A stretch of DNA of 64,000 nucleotides from Bacteroidales bacterium UBA3297 (GTDB lineage Bacteria; Bacteroidota; Bacteroidia; Bacteroidales; Paludibacteraceae). The stretch is taken from contig DETD01000026.1 of assembly GCA_002362105.1 (NCBI GenBank), positions 1,139 to 65,138 of the forward strand, read 5' to 3'. The notes beneath the pieces were generated by a model that saw nothing but the letters and a program-made list of their open reading frames with translations, searched no databases and was not told the DNA's origin. A program made the translations under genes and the position numbers. Of this stretch, positions 46,034 through 55,700 are shown in pieces (the first letter of the stretch is position 1; the number at the start of each line of letters is the position of its first letter).

Positions 46034-47899
46034 ATGAATAAACACTTACTACTTCCTACTACATTTTTAGCATTTGTCGCGGTGGCCAATGCACAAGTTT
46101 CGGTGGTTATTGATGCCGATGCCGACAACATGCCCATCTCGCCCTACCTCTATGGGAAAAATGGTGCGACCAGCGACCAGGCTACGCCTACAAGTGCCGC
46201 CGATATGCTGCGTATGCGTGAGGCGGGGCTCCGTTTCGCCCGTATGAACAATGGCAATAACGCCACAAAGTACAACTGGCGCAGAAAACTGACCTGCCAT
46301 CCCGATTGGTACAAAAATGTCTATCCTTGCAACTGGGACCAGTCTGCTTCCGACCTACAAAGCGAACTGCCTGGAGTGCAGGGTATGTATGCCTTCCAAC
46401 TGATTGGCAAGGCGGCTAAAACCAGCGACTATAATTTCAACGACTGGGCCTACAACCAAAGCCAGTGGGGCGAGTGGTGCAGCAAACCTGTGTGTGGTGG
46501 TGGCGAACTCGACGCTGCGGGCAATTTGGTTAAGAAGGGCGATGCCTCGCTCTATCTGGAAGACTGGCCTGCCGACTCCACAGTGGGCATCTATAAACAC
46601 TGGCGCGACGAACTGGGCCTCGATATGTCGCAGTTTCAATATTGGAGCATGGATAACGAGTTCGAAATGTGGCCTTGGACGCATTCCGACGTTGTGGAGA
46701 AAAACAGCGACGAGGTGTTTGAAATGATGATGCAGAACTATTTTGCTACCGCTAAGGCTATCCGTGCCATTGACCCTTCGGTCAAACTCTGCGGACCAGT
46801 TGCCGGCAGCGAGTGGACATGGTTTTACCCTGCCGACTGCCAACCTACTTACAAGGGCAAAAAATACTGCTGGTTGGAATACTTCATTATGCGTTGTGCC
46901 GAGGAAGAAAAATCTTCAGGCGTGAAAATGCTCGATGTGCTCGACATCCACTTCTATCCGGGCGACACCAAGGTGGCCGATGTGCTGCAGACCCACAGGG
47001 TACTCTGGGACCGCAATTTCGTCTATTCGGGAGCCAACGGTGTGAAGACTGTTAATGGCGGATGGGACGAAACGCAAACCAAAGAATATATTTTCGGCCG
47101 TTGCCAAGACTGGATTGACCAGTATTTTGGACCAAACCGTGGCATTACTTTCGCCATTTCAGAATACGACAATACCTCCTCGTTCAATCCGACGGTTACC
47201 GCATTGAGCTATGCCTCTTTCTTGGGCGAGGGCGCACGCCACGGCATGGAGTTTTTCACACCGTGGACGTGGAATACGGGTATGTGGGAAACCCTCCATC
47301 TTTTCGGCCGATATGCGCAAGACGTGAACGTGAGCGCCGTCTCTTCTAACGAAGAGTTGCTTTCCGCCTACACCTCCATCTCTTCTACCCGCGACTCTAT
47401 GACCATTATTCTGATTAACCGTTCGGAAACAGCGTCTCAGAAAGTTAGTCTCACTATCGGCAATTTCGATGCGCAGGATGGTGCTGCAGAAACCTTGCAG
47501 TTGGCCAACCTGCCGGCTTCCGAAACTTTCAATTCGCATACCGACAATGCGCTTACATCGGGTAAGGTGGCTGTCGCTTCCAACATGTTGTCGGTCGAGG
47601 TACCGCCTTTGTCGATGACTGCTGTCCTGGTTCCTTCCGCCCATACGGGTGTAGACGGTTTTGTAGCCCAATCGGTTGCCGTCTATCCAAATCCGACTAC
47701 CGATGTGCTTTATGTGTCGAACGACGGGACTATAAAGTCTGTCGATATTGTAAATACTAGCGGAGTTGTTGTCAAGACTGTGAACGCAACTGCCGATGAC
47801 GATGTCGCAATCTCGGTTGCCGACTTAGACAAAGCGGTGTATCTGGTGAAAATCCGTACTGCCGGCGGTGTCAAGTTTAGCACGGTTGTCGTGAAGTGA
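46034..47899 (+). CDS. clan GH-A glycoside hydrolase, GH44-like, with T9SS C-terminal sorting domain
   Basis: Track ORF is 46004..47899. I place the start at ATG 46034 (MNKHLLLPTTFLAFVAVANAQ signal). The blocks PISPYLYGKN, NNGNNATKYNWR, WSMDNEFEMWPWTH (acid/base NE), LDIHFYP and FAISEYD (candidate nucleophile) fit my recollection of GH44. The last ~75 aa (VYPNPTTDVLYV...YLVKIRTAGGVKFSTVVVK) match the Por_Secre_tail pattern. Confidence 0.6.
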   Translation: MNKHLLLPTTFLAFVAVANAQVSVVIDADADNMPISPYLYGKNGATSDQATPTSAADMLRMREAGLRFARMNNGNNATKYNWRRKLTCHPDWYKNVYPCNWDQSASDLQSELPGVQGMYAFQLIGKAAKTSDYNFNDWAYNQSQWGEWCSKPVCGGGELDAAGNLVKKGDASLYLEDWPADSTVGIYKHWRDELGLDMSQFQYWSMDNEFEMWPWTHSDVVEKNSDEVFEMMMQNYFATAKAIRAIDPSVKLCGPVAGSEWTWFYPADCQPTYKGKKYCWLEYFIMRCAEEEKSSGVKMLDVLDIHFYPGDTKVADVLQTHRVLWDRNFVYSGANGVKTVNGGWDETQTKEYIFGRCQDWIDQYFGPNRGITFAISEYDNTSSFNPTVTALSYASFLGEGARHGMEFFTPWTWNTGMWETLHLFGRYAQDVNVSAVSSNEELLSAYTSISSTRDSMTIILINRSETASQKVSLTIGNFDAQDGAAETLQLANLPASETFNSHTDNALTSGKVAVASNMLSVEVPPLSMTAVLVPSAHTGVDGFVAQSVAVYPNPTTDVLYVSNDGTIKSVDIVNTSGVVVKTVNATADDDVAISVADLDKAVYLVKIRTAGGVKFSTVVVK

Positions 47900-48001
47900 T
47901 AAAATGCAGTATCCACGTAATGCGGATTTTATACTTGTTCGCTTAAATGTGTACCTCTGCTCTTCGATTATTTTGATTTTGTGGTGAATGCAAAATCAGT
48001 G

Positions 48002-48043
48002 AAACAGGCTGAATCCGGTTGCTGGATTCAGCCTGTTTTTCTA
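48002..48043 (+). terminator. rho-independent terminator after the GH44-like gene
   Basis: A perfect 15-bp stem, AAACAGGCTGAATCC (48002-48016) pairing with GGATTCAGCCTGTTT (48024-48038), is followed by TTCT. Confidence 0.7.
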
Positions 48044-48060
48044 TTGTGGAATCTGGATAA

Positions 48061-48300
48061 AACCCCACCCGTCAGGAAGGGGTATCTCAATAACCGGGTA
48101 TGCGGAGGTCAGAAAGACTGAAGCGTGCTCGGGTAAGAAGCGTATCCGGAAAGAACATGTGAAAATCCATCCGTCTGGAAGACGGTATCTCCATAACCGG
48201 GCACGGTCTCCTATGCGGCGCCGTGCGTTTGGAAAACGCTACGTGGCAACACTGGGGGCAGGGTGGGCCGTAACACTTAGCCCCTTCGGAGTGCAAATTT
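48061..48300. other. unclassified G+C-rich, hairpin-rich intergenic element with an internal direct repeat (candidate ncRNA; strand unknown)
   Basis: It has no credible ORF. Line 48181-48240 is 36/60 G+C, whereas other intergenic spacers here are AT-rich. A direct repeat spans 48069-48105 and 48171-48218 (core GGTATCTC[A/C]ATAACCGGG). Local hairpins occur at 48171-48185 and at 48201-48206/48221-48226. CCCACCC (48064-48070) is complementary to GGGTGGG (48261-48267). Confidence 0.3.
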
Positions 48301-48333
48301 CCACTTAAATCAAATACACTCCCGAAAAAATGT

Positions 48334-48341
48334 TAACTTTG
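48334..48341 (+). promoter_or_regulatory. candidate -7 promoter box (TAACTTTG) for ftsY
   Basis: TAACTTTG lies 29 nt upstream of ATG 48370. Confidence 0.45.
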
Positions 48342-48369
48342 TGTTTAAATTCACCATCTTATAATCAAT

Positions 48370-49329
48370 ATGGGTTTATTCGATATTTTCTCCTCAAAAA
48401 AGAAAGAAGACCTCGATAAGGGGTTGGAAAAGACCAAACAGGGCTTTTTCGATAAACTGAAGCGTGCTGTCGCTGGCAAGTCGAAAGTCGATGACGACGT
48501 CCTCGATAATCTGGAAGAGGTGCTGATCACTTCTGATGTGGGCGTGGAAACTACCCTGAAGATTGTTGAGCGCATTCAAGACCGTGTGGCTCGCGACAAA
48601 TACATGGGGACCGAAGAACTCAACGGTATCTTGAAAGACGAAATCGCTTCGTTGTTGGAAGAGAATAATACAGCCGATGGCTCTTCTTTCGATTTGCCGA
48701 AGTCCGACTCCCCTTATGTCATTATGGTTGTAGGTGTGAATGGCGTTGGCAAGACCACTACCATCGGTAAACTGGCCTACCAGTTCAAGAAGGCGGGCAA
48801 GTCGGTCTACCTGGGTGCTGCCGACACCTTCCGTGCGGCCGCTGTTGACCAACTGGTTATCTGGGGTGAGCGCGTGGACTGCCCTGTCATTAAGCAGAGT
48901 ATGGGCTCTGACCCGGCTTCTGTGGCTTTTGATACACTTTCTTCCGCAAAGGCGAACAAGGCCGATGTGGTGATTATTGATACGGCAGGACGTCTGCACA
49001 ACAAGGTGAACCTGATGAACGAGCTGACCAAAATCAAGCAGGTGATGAAAAAGGTGATCCCCGATGCACCGCACGAGGTGCTGCTTGTGCTCGACGGGTC
49101 GACCGGACAGAATGCGTTTGAACAGGCTAAGCAGTTCTCTAAAGCAACCGAAGTTACTGCTTTGGCTGTAACCAAACTCGACGGCACTGCCAAAGGAGGC
49201 GTCGTTATCGGCATCTCCGACCAGTTTAAAATTCCGGTTAAGTATATTGGCGTAGGCGAGGGTATCGAACACCTCCAGTTATTCAATAAGAAGGAGTTTG
49301 TTGATTCCCTGTTCAATACAAATGCCTAA
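48370..49329 (+). CDS. ftsY: signal recognition particle receptor FtsY
   Basis: 319-aa ORF with the SRP-GTPase NG domain (VIMVVGVNGVGKTTTIGKLA, DTAGRLHNK, TKLDGTAKGG). Confidence 0.95.
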   Translation: MGLFDIFSSKKKEDLDKGLEKTKQGFFDKLKRAVAGKSKVDDDVLDNLEEVLITSDVGVETTLKIVERIQDRVARDKYMGTEELNGILKDEIASLLEENNTADGSSFDLPKSDSPYVIMVVGVNGVGKTTTIGKLAYQFKKAGKSVYLGAADTFRAAAVDQLVIWGERVDCPVIKQSMGSDPASVAFDTLSSAKANKADVVIIDTAGRLHNKVNLMNELTKIKQVMKKVIPDAPHEVLLVLDGSTGQNAFEQAKQFSKATEVTALAVTKLDGTAKGGVVIGISDQFKIPVKYIGVGEGIEHLQLFNKKEFVDSLFNTNA

Positions 49330-49344
49330 TCGTAAAAAAGAGGA

Positions 49345-50643
49345 ATGAAGAATAGCAATATTGTTGACATTATTACGCTGGGTTGCTCAAAAAACTTGGT
49401 GGATAGCGAGATGCTGAGCCGCCAACTTTCGGCAAACGGCTATCAGGTCGTTTACGACGACGAAAATCCGAAGGGAGGCATTGTTATTGTCAATACTTGT
49501 GGATTTATCGGCGATGCGAAAGAAGAGAGCATCAACACCATTCTGGAACTCGGGGAACTGAAGAAACGCAGGAAGATTAGCAAACTCTATGTTATGGGGT
49601 GCCTTTCTGAACGTTATTTGGCCGATTTGAAGGAAGAAATTCCCGAGGTGGACAAGTTTTATGGAAAATTCAATTGGAAGGAAATCCTTAACGAACTGGG
49701 CAAAAGCTATAACCAGCAGTTGGCGCTTGAGCGCGACCTGACTACACCCAAACATTACGCTTATTTGAAGATCGCCGAAGGGTGTAACCGCTTTTGCTCT
49801 TACTGCGCCATCCCTATTATTACAGGACGATACCAGTCTCGGCCTATTGAAGAGATTGTTGACGAGGTGAAGTACCTTGTGGAAATGGGGGTGAAGGAGT
49901 TCCAGGTTATTGCCCAAGACCTTTCATATTACGGGGTAGACCTTTACAAGGAAATGCGCCTGGCCGAATTGGTTGAGCGTATATCCGATGTTCCGGGGGT
50001 GGAGTGGATCCGTCTGCATTATGCCTACCCGGCACAATTCCCTTACGATGTGCTGAAAGTGATGCGCGAACGTCCGAACGTTTGCAAATACCTCGATATT
50101 GCGTTGCAGCATATTTCCGACAATATGCTCACAAAAATGCGCCGACACGTAACCAAGCAGGAAACCTACGATTTGGTGACCCGCTTGCGTGAGGAGGTGC
50201 CCGGCATTCATTTGCGTACCACTTTGCTGACAGGACATCCTGGCGAGACGGAGCAAGACTTCGAAGAACTGATTGAGTTCGTTCGTTGGGCGAAGTTCGA
50301 ACGTATGGGCGCCTTCCCATATTCTGACGAAGACGGTACTTATGCCAGCGAAAACTACGAAGACGATATCCCTTTCGAGGTCAAACAGCAGCGGGTTGAC
50401 GACCTGATGGCAGTGCAGCAAAAAATCTCGAAAAAGATAAATGAGAACAAGGTCGGACAGTCGTTGAAGGTGATAATCGACCGTGAGGAGGCCGACTATT
50501 ATATTGGCAGAACCGAATTCGACTCGCCTGAAGTGGACCCAGAGGTGCTGGTTTCGAAAGACCAAAAACTGACCATTGGTGAGTTCTATAATGTGGAAGT
50601 TACGGGCGCTGAAGAGTTCGAATTGTACGGAAAAGTGGTGTGA
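49345..50643 (+). CDS. rimO: ribosomal protein S12 methylthiotransferase RimO
   Basis: 432-aa ORF with an MTTase N-domain (IITLGCSKNLVDSE), a radical SAM cluster (CNRFCSYCAIP) and a C-terminal TRAM-like region. Its length and architecture fit RimO better than MiaB. Confidence 0.8.
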   Translation: MKNSNIVDIITLGCSKNLVDSEMLSRQLSANGYQVVYDDENPKGGIVIVNTCGFIGDAKEESINTILELGELKKRRKISKLYVMGCLSERYLADLKEEIPEVDKFYGKFNWKEILNELGKSYNQQLALERDLTTPKHYAYLKIAEGCNRFCSYCAIPIITGRYQSRPIEEIVDEVKYLVEMGVKEFQVIAQDLSYYGVDLYKEMRLAELVERISDVPGVEWIRLHYAYPAQFPYDVLKVMRERPNVCKYLDIALQHISDNMLTKMRRHVTKQETYDLVTRLREEVPGIHLRTTLLTGHPGETEQDFEELIEFVRWAKFERMGAFPYSDEDGTYASENYEDDIPFEVKQQRVDDLMAVQQKISKKINENKVGQSLKVIIDREEADYYIGRTEFDSPEVDPEVLVSKDQKLTIGEFYNVEVTGAEEFELYGKVV

Positions 50644-50815
50644 AAACACCCTTGCTTGAACCTCCATTTTTAGGAAAATGTTTTGTAAAACTATGTTTTT
50701 TAGTTTTTTAAAAACTTGAAAAACAATAAATAAAGTGCGAATAATATGCTGTATTGAAAACCGTATAGCATTCGCAATTTATGGTTAATTCTGAAATTAT
50801 AGTAATTGTTTAGAT

Positions 50816-51424
50816 ATGTTTTCTGGAATAGTAGAAACCACAGCCAAAGTCCTCGCTCTGGAGAAGGAGGGCAGTAATTTGAATATTACTATGTCGTGTC
50901 CGTTTGCCGGTGAACTGGGTGTCGACCAGAGTGTAGCGCACAATGGTGTCTGCCTGACGGTTACCAGCCATACCGACAGCAGTTACACGGTTACTGCCAT
51001 CAAGGAAACCCTCGACCGTAGCAATCTGGGTGTCTTGAAGGTGGGCGACGAGGTAAACATTGAGCGGTGCATAATTATGAATGGACGGCTCGACGGTCAT
51101 ATTGTGCAGGGACATGTTGACACTACGGGTGAATGTGTGTCGAAAACGTGGGCCGATGGTAGCTGGGTGTTTACGTTTAAGTATGCGGTGACCCCTGAAT
51201 TGGCTCTGAAGGGGTACGTTACTGTTGAAAAGGGATCGGTAGCGGTTAATGGTACCAGCCTTACAGTCTGCAACTCGCAAAAAGACCAGTTCTCGGTGTG
51301 CATCATCCCTTACACCTACGACCATACCAACTTCCATAATATCGAGGTAGGCACTAAGGTAAACCTCGAGTTCGACATCATTGGCAAGTATTTGAGCCGG
51401 ATGATGGAGTTTAAAAACGATTGA
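50816..51424 (+). CDS. ribE: riboflavin synthase (alpha chain)
   Basis: 202-aa ORF with N-terminus MFSGIVETTAKV. It has the duplicated lumazine-binding repeat, with GVCLTV and VNGTSLTV blocks. Confidence 0.9.
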   Translation: MFSGIVETTAKVLALEKEGSNLNITMSCPFAGELGVDQSVAHNGVCLTVTSHTDSSYTVTAIKETLDRSNLGVLKVGDEVNIERCIIMNGRLDGHIVQGHVDTTGECVSKTWADGSWVFTFKYAVTPELALKGYVTVEKGSVAVNGTSLTVCNSQKDQFSVCIIPYTYDHTNFHNIEVGTKVNLEFDIIGKYLSRMMEFKND

Positions 51425-51444
51425 TAGCCGTTTTATAACAGTTA

Positions 51445-51500
51445 AACGGGTACACGTAGCGGAATTTTTCGGCCGCTGGTGTACCCGTTCTTTTGTTTTT
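51445..51500 (+). terminator. rho-independent terminator after ribE
   Basis: An 11-bp outer stem, AACGGGTACAC (51445-51455) pairing with GTGTACCCGTT (51479-51489), encloses an inner AGCGG/CCGCT helix and is followed by CTTTTGTTTTT. Confidence 0.65.
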
Positions 51501-51568
51501 CATCTCTGGTTCGCCCGTCTGGTGCTGGCGTAAGGCCGTACACAGGTTGGACGTAGTCTGTTTTGAAT

Positions 51569-52477
51569 TTAGTACTTCCTTTTGATTTTCAGTACCTTGA
51601 TGTCCATCGTTATCTCTTTGTTTTCCACTTTCTTCCGGTCTGTTTTCAGGGGGTCGTCGAAGATGACGTCATCGCGGTAGCCGAGCCCTTCAGGGATGAT
51701 GATAGAGGCCTCACCGCCTTCTTTCATGTTTATCAGGGCGGCGCAGAGTCCGTTAATCACATAGTCGGGGGTGACCTCAACGGCTTTGCCGTAGCCGACC
51801 TCGGTTCCGTCCGCTAGTTTCAAGTAGTATTCAAGGGTAACAGTGTCCTTCAGTTTGGCCCGTTCGCCCTTCCCCTCATTGGTCGTTTTCATCAATACGC
51901 CTCTGCCCTCATAGTCGAGTTCGCTGGCAATGCCTTCGCTTTTGGTCTTCAGCTCCTTGTAGCCGCTTTCGCTGATGAGTTTGTCCCACCGCAGACCCTT
52001 GCTGGCCTTTTTGTTTTCCGAGGCCGTCTCAATCCGTTTAAGGTAGTTGGCCATATCTTCTTCCTTCCAGCCCAAACTGCTTTCCCCCTTCAGCTTGTCA
52101 ATCAAACTTTGGATGAAAATAGCGCCTCTTTCACCTTCCGAGAAACAGAGGGCTCCCAGCATAAGGCCTGTTTCTACCGTTTCTTTATGCTCCAGGTTCG
52201 GGTTGTTTTTCCTTATCTCTTCTTTGATTTCCTTTTCGCTAAGCCCTTTTTTGAATCCGTTGTAGGTGGCGCTCACTGCCGTAATGAAGACATCGCTGTA
52301 CTTAACGAGGTCGCTGTATTCCTTGGCGTTTTTCTTGTCGTCGAGGAAAAAGTACGATTTTGCGTAGTAGATGCTGTCTTGTCGGTTGTTTAATAGCGGC
52401 TTTTCAGTGCTTTGGGCGCAAACACAGGTTGTAGCTCCTAGTGTACAGGTGAGTAGTAACACATTTTTTCTGTTCAT
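51569..52477 (-). CDS. secreted protein with C-terminal FKBP-type peptidyl-prolyl isomerase-like domain
   Basis: 302-aa ORF with a signal peptide (LLLTCTLGATTCVCAQ). The C-terminal ~100 aa (KDTVTLEYYLKLADGTEV...VINGLCAALINMKEGGEASIIIPEGLGY) resemble an FKBP domain. Confidence 0.55.
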   Translation of the reverse strand: MNRKNVLLLTCTLGATTCVCAQSTEKPLLNNRQDSIYYAKSYFFLDDKKNAKEYSDLVKYSDVFITAVSATYNGFKKGLSEKEIKEEIRKNNPNLEHKETVETGLMLGALCFSEGERGAIFIQSLIDKLKGESSLGWKEEDMANYLKRIETASENKKASKGLRWDKLISESGYKELKTKSEGIASELDYEGRGVLMKTTNEGKGERAKLKDTVTLEYYLKLADGTEVGYGKAVEVTPDYVINGLCAALINMKEGGEASIIIPEGLGYRDDVIFDDPLKTDRKKVENKEITMDIKVLKIKRKY

Positions 52478-52534
52478 ACTGGTTTTGTTTAGATAGAATT
52501 TGTATTAAGTTATGTCTGTCAGATAAAATTTACG

Positions 52535-52542
52535 CAAATTTA
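52535..52542 (-). promoter_or_regulatory. candidate -7 promoter box (TAAATTTG) for the FKBP-like gene
   Basis: The minus strand reads TAAATTTG, 58 nt upstream of ATG 52477. Confidence 0.4.
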
Positions 52543-52709
52543 AAGATTCTTAGCGATATATAAAACAGACCGGGCTTTTTTGCTTATGAATAAGTGATTT
52601 GTGGTTACACTTTGTAGGTTAACACGGCATAAAAGTCACAAAAGACCTGATTTTCTGCTGGAAAAACTGTTTTCTCGTTGCTTATAAGGTTGTTGCTGCA
52701 TATTTTTTG

Positions 52710-52717
52710 TATTTTTG
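52710..52717 (+). promoter_or_regulatory. candidate -7 promoter box (TATTTTTG) for the second HTCS gene
   Basis: TATTTTTG lies 20 nt upstream of ATG 52737. Confidence 0.4.
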
Positions 52718-52736
52718 TTAAAACAGTCTGTATTGC

Positions 52737-55700
52737 ATGAACTATTTGAAGACGCTGATCATTTTGTGTTTTCTGGTGCTGGTTTCGGCTCCGGCTTCGG
52801 CGTATGCAGTCCATAGCTTGAATTTTGTGAATTACCGGACGTCGAACGGACTGGTCGGTAACTGTGTGAACGACTTGGCCATCGACTCGAGCGGCTTCCT
52901 TTGGGTGGCTACCGATTGCGGGTTGAGCCGTTTCGATGGTGCCGTCTTCCGTAATTTCAGTACCGAGACTGAACGCTCAATGCAAGACGATGCGGTGTTG
53001 CACGTTACGGCGGTCAACGATGGCTCTGTGGTGGTTTCCGGTTATAAGGGCTTCTTTAAAAAGTACAATTGCAAGGCCGACTCGTTTGTGGGGGTTACGC
53101 CTGCCAATTTTTCCCAGACGGTCACCTCGGTCTGTTACGATGGGTTGCGCGATGTGTTTTATGCGCACACCGCTATCGGCACTTTCTGGAGCCGGACCTC
53201 GTCGCAGTTTAGTTTGTGCAACCACCTTAACAAGAAGGGCAGAATCAACCATTGTATGCATATCGATGCCAATGGCAATTACTGGCTGCTCGACGGCAAT
53301 TCGCTGACTGTTTACGACAAGTCGGCCAATAAAGTGTTGTTCCAGACGGTAGTGCCGTCGGCTAAGAGGTCGCCCTCTCCCCAATTCATACCTCTGCCCG
53401 ACAACCGGGTGATGGCTTGCGTAAAGGTAAACCAGATTGATATCTATAGAATTTCTTCTCCGACTTCTATCCAGTTGGAAACGTCTGTCGTTGTTCCTTT
53501 CGACGGCCTCAGGTGCGTGCAAAAGGCGGCCGATGGGTCGTTTTGGTATGCCTCCGACGGCGACGGCCTGTGGTACACGGCCGGAGAACCGTCTTCAGCC
53601 TCTTCTTTCGAAAGGGTGCTGCCTTATGGCGCCGACAATTACGACTTTGGCAAACTCTATGCCCTGCTGGCTGACGCTGATGGCAACATATGGGTCGGTA
53701 CTCAGAATTCGGGCCTTTGGAAGTATTCGCTGCGTGGAAAAGGACGCTCTTTCTCGTCGGCCGACTTCGGCCTTCCGAATTGTCCGGCTAATGACTTCTG
53801 CCAACTGCCCAACGGAAACATTGTCGCAACCTGCGACGGTTTGGGGCTGTGCGAGTTCTCGGAGACGGAGACGTCTGTAAGGCTTTATTCCGCTTCCGAC
53901 GGCTTGAAAAACAGAAACCTGACTACGGTCTGCTCCGATGCGGACGGTCGCTTGCTGGTTGCTTCGTGGGGTGGTGGCCTGTTTGATGGAACGCCTACTA
54001 AAAATGGATATACGTTCACGCCTTCCCTTTTCCAAGGTATCGACAACCCAACCTCCAAAATCGCGTCTTCGCACAGGTTCTCGAATGGCGATGTGTGGGT
54101 GCTGACGGGGGGCGACGGTATGTACATCTACCAGAACGGGCATTGGAAACGCCAGTCGCTGGCGCATAACCGCTGTCTGGAACTCTGGCCTAAGCATTGG
54201 CTAGAGGTGGATGGGGAAGAACGGTGGGTTTCGGCCCCTAACTCGTTGTGGAAGTTTGCTGGCGGTCAGTTCTTCCTGTTTAACGAAAGTTGGTTTATGG
54301 GAAGCGGTGCCTACGCCGTTAGCGATATTGTCTACCTCGACAGTATTGGCGTGGTTTGTGCTACCGATAGCGGCCTCTTTATCGTCGACGAGGCGAAGCA
54401 CAAGTTCAACCGCTATGAGAAATGTCCGCACAAACTGGTTTCGTCGATGGTGGTCGACAACAAGGGACGCTTGTTGGTGACTGTAGACAACAGCATTTGG
54501 CGGTTCGACCTGAAAAATGACTTGGCTGAGCGCTATCCGCGCAATTTCGATATAAACGGGCGCAATTTCTTTGTGCAGCATTCCTCTTTTTGCAGCCGTA
54601 GCGGTAATGTGTATTTTGGTACGGCCAACGGCTTTATCTGTATTACAGAAAAAGACTTCCAAGTCGAGAATGTGGCGCCTTCCCTGTCTTTCTCACGCAT
54701 CATGGCCGATGGGGAAAAGGTGTATATAGAAAACGGGCACCATATAACGCTCTCTTACGGCCATAGTTCGTTATCGGTGAGCGTCGATATGGTCGATTAT
54801 TCTCCGCTCCGTTCTCCGCTGGTTTACCGCCTGAACAAGAACGACGAGTGGAAAAATATGCAGCCTGACCAGACCATCAGGTTCAATTTTTTGCCAACGG
54901 GGCACTATACGATTCAGGTGAAGTGCCTGAATGCGGAAAATGCCGACATTCTGGAACTCTTTGTCGAGGTGGAGGCGCCTTGGTGGCAGACGTGGTGGTT
55001 CCGCTCGGGATGCGTGGCCTTGCTGCTGTTGCTGTTAGGCTGGAGGCTGTACAGCATGAACCGCGACAGAATTGTACTGAAACAGAAGGTGGAAGAACGG
55101 ACAAAAGAGCTGAACGACGCGCTTTCGACCAAGAACCGCATTATGCAAGTGGTGGCGCATGACCTTAAAAATCCGGTTTTCGCTATCTACGGTGCACTGG
55201 AGCAGATGCGGATGCGTTCGGCGGTCTGGACGGCCGATGAACGTAATTCGGCGCTCGACAAGGTGATTGAAAGCACCCGGACGGTTCAGGACGAACTGGG
55301 CAAACTGCTCAACTGGGCTACTGCCCGGCAGGAAGAGCAGGTGTGCCACCTGACCAATGTGAACCTTTCTGAACTGGTTGTTTCCGAAGTGGATTTGCTT
55401 CGGTTGCAGGCCCGGGAAAAACAGATTGAGATTGTTTGCAACCTCAATATTACCCGTTATGCCTATGCCGATGCCCGTATGCTCGGCACTTCGGTCCGCA
55501 ATGTGTTGGGCAACAGCCTGAAATTTACGCCTTCTGGCAAAACAATACATGTGCGTGCCTGGCAAGACTCGGCCTTCGCCGTTGTCGAGATTAAGGACGA
55601 GGGGGTGGGCATGTCGCCAGAACAGGTGGAGCGGTTGCTGGCTTCTGAGGTGAACGATTCGACGCGTGGCACGGCTGGTGAAAGTGGCTCGGGTTTAGGC

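Noticed and set aside
48061-48300. I tested whether the G+C-rich element is a known RNA: glycine riboswitch (minus-strand CTCCGAAGGGGCTAA resembles ACCGAAGGGGCAA), cobalamin riboswitch (plus-strand GTGAAAATCC and GGCAACACTG), SRP RNA, 6S RNA, RNase P or tmRNA.
   Set aside because: Only isolated short resemblances were found. The order and spacing of the conserved blocks do not fit the glycine or cobalamin consensus. There is no SRP helix-8 motif, no extended 6S-type rod pairing between the two halves, and no RNase P or tmRNA signature sequences. The flanking genes (a glycanase and ftsY) are also not typical riboswitch targets.
50644-50815. A possible FMN (RFN) riboswitch upstream of ribE. An imperfect hairpin lies at about 50738-50777.
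   Set aside because: The spacer is very AT-rich. It lacks the conserved G-rich RFN core segments and is only ~170 nt including the promoter region.
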